This document shows, one piece after another, positions 58,441 to 64,000 of a DNA stretch of 64,000 nucleotides; the stretch's first letter is position 1, and each line of letters begins with the position of its first letter. A model generated the notes under the pieces. The model ran no database searches and was not told where the DNA came from. It saw only the letters and a program-made list of their open reading frames with translations. Source of the stretch: a virus; the IMG/VR virus record IMGVR_UViG_3300020473_002209, positions 1 to 64,000 of that record; one strand, 5' to 3'. The position numbers and the translations under genes are program-made.

Positions 58441-61400
58441 ATGGCTGTTTACGATGATAAATTAGCAGACATTGTAGATAAGCTGGGAAGATACTGGTCT
58501 ATCGTTTCAAAAGAAGACTTTATGGCTTTGCTTGCCTTTGGTGGAGACGATGCAGTGGGCTCTTTTGGGACAGTTGATCTTGATCCCACTCCTGAAATGC
58601 ATAAGGTAATCCGCGCGTTCACTAATTCCACAGAGGGTGGGGTCACAATGATGCAAGCAATGCAAGCGCTCATCGATGCAATGAGCGGAGCAACTGCTGG
58701 AGAAGTCTCTGATATGGTAGACCTTGCGAAGCGCCTTTATCGGATAGTCGGTGAACCAGAAGCTTTCGACACGCTATTACTACCAACGGGCGTGGGATCA
58801 CCGACATGGCCGTCTTTTATTGGTTCGACATATTCTGCAAAAAAATGTATGAAGATTGACGAGGATGGAGAGGGAAAAATTAACGGCGCCTTTGCATCCC
58901 CAACGAAATACACTCCCAATGTTACAGCGCTCCAGGTCTTCAATCCAAAATTAACACCTGCAAAAAGAGATACTGGCGCCGCAGCGCTATGGATGAATTG
59001 TATACCCTCACTTGAATTAAGCAGGTGTCAACCATATCTTGATGTAACTGTTATTTCTCCCAAGAGCGGTGTCGCAGAAGACGGTAGAATTCAAACGATG
59101 GGCATGATGCAATTTTTATTGGGAACATCTCATCCTGTTGATAACACTGCAGATTTCTATATGGCAACTGCGCTCGATGGTTCTGCATTACATGACTTTG
59201 AGCAAGCGCAACAGACGATTGATGCTCAAGCAGACGCTCTCCCACCATCCGACCCGAACTCTGTTGATCCTGACTTTGAAGAACCTGAGATTGCAACTGC
59301 TGGTATGGAGATGTTTACCGCACCCCAGACAATGGTGCCGGTAATCGGAGACGGCCCGAATGCTAGAATGGAAAGGTATGAAGACTATGAAGCGTTTTCT
59401 CAAACACCGGGCTCTGCTCCAGAAGATCAGCCTGAAGTAGGTGGTCGCCGCGGCGCTGGAATAATCGATCCATTTCGACCAATGATGACAATCGAAGATT
59501 TCAGCGTGTCTGTTACACCCTCAAAGGGCTTTATGTCTCATGAGACAGCTGAAATATCTATGATCATGCACGATCGATCACGGCTAACAGAGATATCTGA
59601 GTTCGTGAAGCCTGATCTTTACGGTCACACAGAGCTGTTAATAACGTATGGGTGGTCTCACCCCGACCCGTCAGGTCATACCGACGCGTCTGGGAATGTA
59701 CAGGGAAACTTCTTTGGTACGTTTATAGATCTTAATAAGGTCAAGAAGAAATATATGGTTGTAAACAGCTCTTTTTCATTCGACGAAGTTGGACAAGTTA
59801 AGATCAAGTTAAAGCTTTCCATGAAGGGTTCTGGTAATATTGATACTGCAAACCTTAGCCAGGGAGAGGGCGTCGACAACATAATGCAGGCCCTGAAAGA
59901 CCTTCAAGACGCGATTAAAGTTATTAAAGAGCAGATTATGGCAGATGCAGAAGCTACAGGAGATTCTCAGTCTGCGAAAGATATGTTCGGAAACTCTTTT
60001 ATGTCAGCCGCTTCAGACACCAGTAAAGCAATGACTATGGATCAAGAGACCGCCGATGCTATTAAGTCATTTATTTCAGAGAACAGAAATTCTTCTAATC
60101 CTGCTCAAGAAGAGTTAGCAGACACGCTCACTGACATGTTTGGTAGCGACGGCCAGGGTGGTGTCGTTGCAGAAGCCAAAGCAACAATCGCTGATGCAGT
60201 AGCAGCAAAAATTCAGCACCTCGGTAATATGAGGGGAAGCAACAAAGATCCATTCGCTCGGACTGTTCGTGGCGCAGCAGGTAGCACCCAGTACGTTAAC
60301 GCAAGGTACAATGACGGCAAGTTTGTATCCTTCGGCGCGATGCTAATGTACATGATCGGCAAGCCGCTGGCTTCAACACGAAGATTTGATGAGATCCAAT
60401 TTTGCTTTTATCCAGTGAATGATAAGGCAAGCTATCTTTCAAACCTGACGGTCGCCGACATCCCTATCAGACTTGAAGACTTTAAGAAGAAGTTTGAGGA
60501 AGCTACAAAGACGACAGTCAATATGCCTTTGGGACGGTTCTTAAATTTCGTATCTAAAGAGTTCATTCAAAATCAAGCATCTTATGTGTATGGTCTTTGC
60601 GACCTGTTTGAAACAGACGAAGAAGGCAAGACCGAGATGAAGGAAGAATTCAAAGAAGATGCGACGAAATTAAACGATGAGAAAAAGAAGAGACTTGAAG
60701 ATGCGTATGGTGAGGGTGCAGATATAGCATTTAAGATGCCACGAATTAAGTTCGAGATGCAGGCTGTCCCGTGTAAGCCAGGTACTCACCCTAACGGTAA
60801 GAAGGGTACCATATTAAGGATCCACATATACGATACAGTATGTACTCCCTATACTGCGCTGCACAAGATGATGGGTGCCGCAAGAAGCGATTCTATTGGT
60901 TTAATGTCATCTGCAGCCGGCGGCGTCCCGGGTGAAGTAGAAGCTGCAGCGGGCTCATCGGACGGATGGGACTGCACACATCAGGAAGAATTTATCGAGG
61001 GCCTGGTCGCCGCAATCGAAGCAGGCCTATTAGAATGCGTTCCTCAAGCCAACTACGACGATTTTGAGTCTGGCGCCATAGACATAGAAGACTTTGTGGA
61101 ATCGCAATTTCGTGTCAAGGGCGGCTTCCCTGCGCTCAAAGATTTTATGATGAAGAGTATGCCTTCGATAATCTATGGTAGCTCAAATTCAGCTGTGCTT
61201 TCCGCAGATCTTTCTTCTATGAATAACCCAAAGCTGGCTTCTGTTAACATGCTTCGAGGTGGTATGGGCGGTGGCGACGGTCCTCAGGGGTCAAGAGACG
61301 CAGGGTTACCTCTCCAGACTGCTCCTGTATCGCTTTCACTTACAACTTACGGTTGCCCATTAATCGCGTATGGTCAGCAATTTTTCGTGGATTTTGGGAC

Positions 61401-61572
61401 GGGAACCACAATAGACAACACTTTCGTTGTGACAGGTATCGATCATTCGCTATCTCAAGGAAAATTTGAAACGAAGTTAAAAATGACGCAGATCGATGCA
61501 TTCGGTAAATACATCAGCATGATGGATAGCGTAAAGACTGCGTTGACAGCGATGTCAGATTCGTCATCTTGA
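58441..61572 (+). CDS. Baseplate hub protein (gp27/late-control D-like)
   Basis: LLITYGWSH, VVNSSFSFD..GQV.I.L.L; C-terminal SLTTYGCP.I.YGQQFFVDF.T.T.IDN.FVVTGIDHSLSQGKFETKL. Confidence 0.7.
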   Translation: MAVYDDKLADIVDKLGRYWSIVSKEDFMALLAFGGDDAVGSFGTVDLDPTPEMHKVIRAFTNSTEGGVTMMQAMQALIDAMSGATAGEVSDMVDLAKRLYRIVGEPEAFDTLLLPTGVGSPTWPSFIGSTYSAKKCMKIDEDGEGKINGAFASPTKYTPNVTALQVFNPKLTPAKRDTGAAALWMNCIPSLELSRCQPYLDVTVISPKSGVAEDGRIQTMGMMQFLLGTSHPVDNTADFYMATALDGSALHDFEQAQQTIDAQADALPPSDPNSVDPDFEEPEIATAGMEMFTAPQTMVPVIGDGPNARMERYEDYEAFSQTPGSAPEDQPEVGGRRGAGIIDPFRPMMTIEDFSVSVTPSKGFMSHETAEISMIMHDRSRLTEISEFVKPDLYGHTELLITYGWSHPDPSGHTDASGNVQGNFFGTFIDLNKVKKKYMVVNSSFSFDEVGQVKIKLKLSMKGSGNIDTANLSQGEGVDNIMQALKDLQDAIKVIKEQIMADAEATGDSQSAKDMFGNSFMSAASDTSKAMTMDQETADAIKSFISENRNSSNPAQEELADTLTDMFGSDGQGGVVAEAKATIADAVAAKIQHLGNMRGSNKDPFARTVRGAAGSTQYVNARYNDGKFVSFGAMLMYMIGKPLASTRRFDEIQFCFYPVNDKASYLSNLTVADIPIRLEDFKKKFEEATKTTVNMPLGRFLNFVSKEFIQNQASYVYGLCDLFETDEEGKTEMKEEFKEDATKLNDEKKKRLEDAYGEGADIAFKMPRIKFEMQAVPCKPGTHPNGKKGTILRIHIYDTVCTPYTALHKMMGAARSDSIGLMSSAAGGVPGEVEAAAGSSDGWDCTHQEEFIEGLVAAIEAGLLECVPQANYDDFESGAIDIEDFVESQFRVKGGFPALKDFMMKSMPSIIYGSSNSAVLSADLSSMNNPKLASVNMLRGGMGGGDGPQGSRDAGLPLQTAPVSLSLTTYGCPLIAYGQQFFVDFGTGTTIDNTFVVTGIDHSLSQGKFETKLKMTQIDAFGKYISMMDSVKTALTAMSDSSS

Positions 61573-61597
61573 ACATCTGTCATATTCCTATTAAATT
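61569..61597 (+). promoter_or_regulatory. Sigma70-like promoter
   Basis: TTGAAC-17-TAAATT ending 5 nt before ATG 61603. Confidence 0.4.
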
Positions 61598-61602
61598 GAC
61601 AG

Positions 61603-62799
61603 ATGCCCATCTTACTTCATAAGAATTACATTGGTACAGAGAACCACATGATTATAAGTGGCGGCTTAATAAGATGGTCTAGTGAAATATCGGATAAGTC
61701 TTATTTTGTTATAGGCTGCCCTGGTCGCCCTGACTCTCTGGAGCCTTTGTTAAAATTATATGATATAGATATTCCTGATTTTGTACCAGAAAGATTTAGG
61801 AAGAGCTTCTCTGATATACGAACCGCTATTTCGGTTCCGTGGCGCTACGTTCTCCCGCGAAAAGTGTTTAAGGAAAATTTCAAGAAGTATGTAGAAGACC
61901 TTTGTAAGATTGAAGAGTTGCTATCAGAAAGCGATTACCCTAACTTCTTTATCGACTCGAATGAGCTGTTCAGTAATTTACGCCAATCCAAGATCGATAC
62001 AACGCTAACAATCAAGCTATTAAAGCATAATGATTCGCACGTTTTGAGGAAGCTATTATCGGGTTCTTCTGGTTCTTTTTTAGATGTACCGCGCTATGAT
62101 CGAGTGTCCACAAAGACTGGTCGACTTACAATTAAAAAGGGTCCGCAGGTCTTGACTCTAAAGAAGGAATTTCGGTCAGTGTTTACGCCGGAAAAATCTA
62201 ATACATCCCTTTATGAAATTGACTTTGTTTCTCTTGAGCCGAGGGTAGCTCTTAATCTAGCAAATGTGCACGCGTCGAGTGACGTGTACCTTTCATTTAT
62301 AGAGTCAACGAATATTGATATTTCCAGAGACACGGCAAAGCTAGCAGTGTTATGCTCGCTGTATGGAGCAGGAAATTTACGACTTGAACAGTTGCTGAGA
62401 AAAGACAAATCAGAAGTGACCGCGTCATATTTGATGAGAGCAGTTTCTGATTATTTCAAGCTGAATGATCTCAAGCGAGAGCTACGATATCAGGCAAAGA
62501 GTGGGATGATACAAAACTTCTTTGGTCGCCCAATTGAAATAGACGGCGCAAGAGAAAGTATTCTCGTGAATAATTACTTACAATCTACAGCATCAGATGT
62601 GGCTATAGCTGGGTTTAACGAATTCACGAAGTTGTTTTCTAGTAAGTGCAAACCCTTGTTTGTAATTCACGATGCATTGATTATAGATGCTTCTACTGAG
62701 CATTTAGACGCTATAACAAAATATGTAAATACAGGGTTTAACGTTCCAAAGCTTGGAAATTTCCCGCTTAAGATAAAAGAGTTTAACGATCATGAATGA
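61603..62799 (+). CDS. polA: Minimal family-A DNA polymerase (no exonuclease domains)
   Basis: TKTGRLT; motif A YEIDFVSLEPRV; motif B RDTAK..V...LYG; FFGR; NNYLQSTASD; motif C IHDAL. Confidence 0.8.
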   Translation: MPILLHKNYIGTENHMIISGGLIRWSSEISDKSYFVIGCPGRPDSLEPLLKLYDIDIPDFVPERFRKSFSDIRTAISVPWRYVLPRKVFKENFKKYVEDLCKIEELLSESDYPNFFIDSNELFSNLRQSKIDTTLTIKLLKHNDSHVLRKLLSGSSGSFLDVPRYDRVSTKTGRLTIKKGPQVLTLKKEFRSVFTPEKSNTSLYEIDFVSLEPRVALNLANVHASSDVYLSFIESTNIDISRDTAKLAVLCSLYGAGNLRLEQLLRKDKSEVTASYLMRAVSDYFKLNDLKRELRYQAKSGMIQNFFGRPIEIDGARESILVNNYLQSTASDVAIAGFNEFTKLFSSKCKPLFVIHDALIIDASTEHLDAITKYVNTGFNVPKLGNFPLKIKEFNDHE

Positions 62800-63277
62800 A
62801 CAAAAAGTCAGAAACTATATCAGAGAAATCCTCAATGAGGAAGAAAAGAAAAAGAAAAAAGGTAAAGCGATTAAACCAGGCGAAATTGGATTATCAGTTG
62901 GTCGTGGTGGGTTCACAAAAGTTGTTGCCGAAACCGGAGCGCTTGCAAAGAAAAACCCGGGCCAGCTTATGAAAAACTTGGGGATCAAGGGTGGAGGAAA
63001 CGGCTTGGAGGGTGTGCTCGCTGTCTGGAAGCAAGCTGTAAAGCAAGACACAATGGCGCAAGCTTACGGCGGTGTTGGAGTTGTAACGAAAGGAAGTAGG
63101 AAAGGATTGTCCATTGGCCTTGGAGAGCTCGATGCTCGAAATGGCGCTAAATTTCTTCATCACACGCTGATGGGAGCCATGACATCCGGTATTTTGGTTT
63201 CAGATGTACCGCTACAGATCCAGGTTGATGGGGATGATGTAATCGTTCATACCGGCTCTGAAAAGGGAGATTGGTAG
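62792..63277 (+). CDS. Hypothetical protein with head-protein-like N-terminal motif
   Basis: MNEQKVRNYIREILNEEE; 161 aa. Confidence 0.7.
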   Translation: MNEQKVRNYIREILNEEEKKKKKGKAIKPGEIGLSVGRGGFTKVVAETGALAKKNPGQLMKNLGIKGGGNGLEGVLAVWKQAVKQDTMAQAYGGVGVVTKGSRKGLSIGLGELDARNGAKFLHHTLMGAMTSGILVSDVPLQIQVDGDDVIVHTGSEKGDW

Positions 63278-63339
63278 TAATTTCTGTAAACATTGCTTCT
63301 TCGTTATACTATTAATTTGATCGTATTTTTGGAGAAGTG

Positions 63340-64000
63340 ATGAAGCATTTAGAGATAGATGGGCAAGTAATCCTCAATAAATTAACTGACTTAAGCCCGC
63401 CTGATAGAGACCCAGCAGATGGTGACGTTGTCGCTGCCGTTATTGATGTAGAGACTACCGGATTGAACCATCTGAAAGATGAGATTATCCAAATTGCTAT
63501 CCGGCCGTTCTTTGTAAATCCAACGACAGGCGAAGTGTCTGGATTAAGAAATACAATCGTCGCCCTCCAACAACCTTCATCACCGTTACCCAGGATTATT
63601 ACGGATATAACCGGTTTTACAGATGAAGATCTAGAAGGCAAGAGCATCCCATGGGATAAGGTGTCGCGTGTTCTTCAAAAGTGTCAATTTATTATTGCGC
63701 ATAACGCTTCGTTCGATAGAAAATGGATCGATGCTGCTCTCCGCAAGAATAACCAGCTAGCACCTGAGAATGCTATCTGGGGATGCTCTATGACGCAAGT
63801 TGATTGGACACCTATCGTTCGATGCTCAAAGGCTCTAGAAGTGCTTTGTGCTTGGCATGGCTACTTTTACGATTCGCATAATGCAGTTGCTGATGTAGAC
63901 GCAACGCTCCATCTTCTGAGAAAGAATAAGTACATGCAAGAACTTCTCCAGAATGCAGCAGAGCCAGACTATCACGTATTTGCCGCAAATTCACTGAGAG
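63340..64000 (+). CDS. DnaQ/epsilon-like DEDDh 3'-5' exonuclease (3' truncated; absent from the ORF track)
   Basis: Manual translation from ATG 63340 (GGAG RBS; TATACT at 63305): IDVETTGL, IIQIA, ITDITG.TDE, IIAHNASFDR, WGCSM, HNAVADVDAT. Confidence 0.88.
   Translation, partial: MKHLEIDGQVILNKLTDLSPPDRDPADGDVVAAVIDVETTGLNHLKDEIIQIAIRPFFVNPTTGEVSGLRNTIVALQQPSSPLPRIITDITGFTDEDLEGKSIPWDKVSRVLQKCQFIIAHNASFDRKWIDAALRKNNQLAPENAIWGCSMTQVDWTPIVRCSKALEVLCAWHGYFYDSHNAVADVDATLHLLRKNKYMQELLQNAAEPDYHVFAANSLR

Noticed and set aside
40229-61572. Extracellular contractile injection system or tailocin, suggested by multiple sheaths
   Set aside because: Terminase, portal, protease, scaffold and capsid genes are adjacent, so this is a complete phage.
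1-64000. Stop-codon reassignment as in some jumbo phages
   Set aside because: TAA, TAG and TGA all end conserved genes at the expected positions and coding density is high in the standard code.

Overview
A 64 kb segment of a large T4-superfamily-like myovirus (probably jumbo; host unknown). All real genes lie on the + strand and read in the standard code. Order: tail-fibre/appendage genes (1-4760); large FN3-type and unknown virion proteins and baseplate-periphery proteins (5468-19230); a RuvC / primase / fused Mre11-Rad50 (SbcD-SbcC) block (19230-24133); terminase, portal, prohead protease, several small head proteins, scaffold and gp23-type major capsid protein (24512-35431); decoration candidates, neck, two tandem sheath paralogs, tube, tail chaperone, tape measure and baseplate hub (35610-61572); a minimal family-A DNA polymerase and a stand-alone DnaQ-like exonuclease cut by the window end. 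Main non-obvious signals: (1) strong enrichment of an [S/T]-[G/A/S]-S tripeptide in predicted virion-surface proteins but not internal or enzymatic ones, a candidate virion-wide modification sequon; (2) a probable +1 (or -2) programmed frameshift at TTT TTT T joining the gp26-like chaperone to a gp51-like ORF; (3) a phage-specific ATANTTA late-promoter motif ahead of 13 genes; (4) a nested stem-loop RNA leader just after the capsid gene; (5) a shared amphipathic L-[RK]-x-[LIV]-[IV]-x-E-type segment that may target proteins to the head. All calls come from motif recognition by eye; no database search was run and counts are manual.
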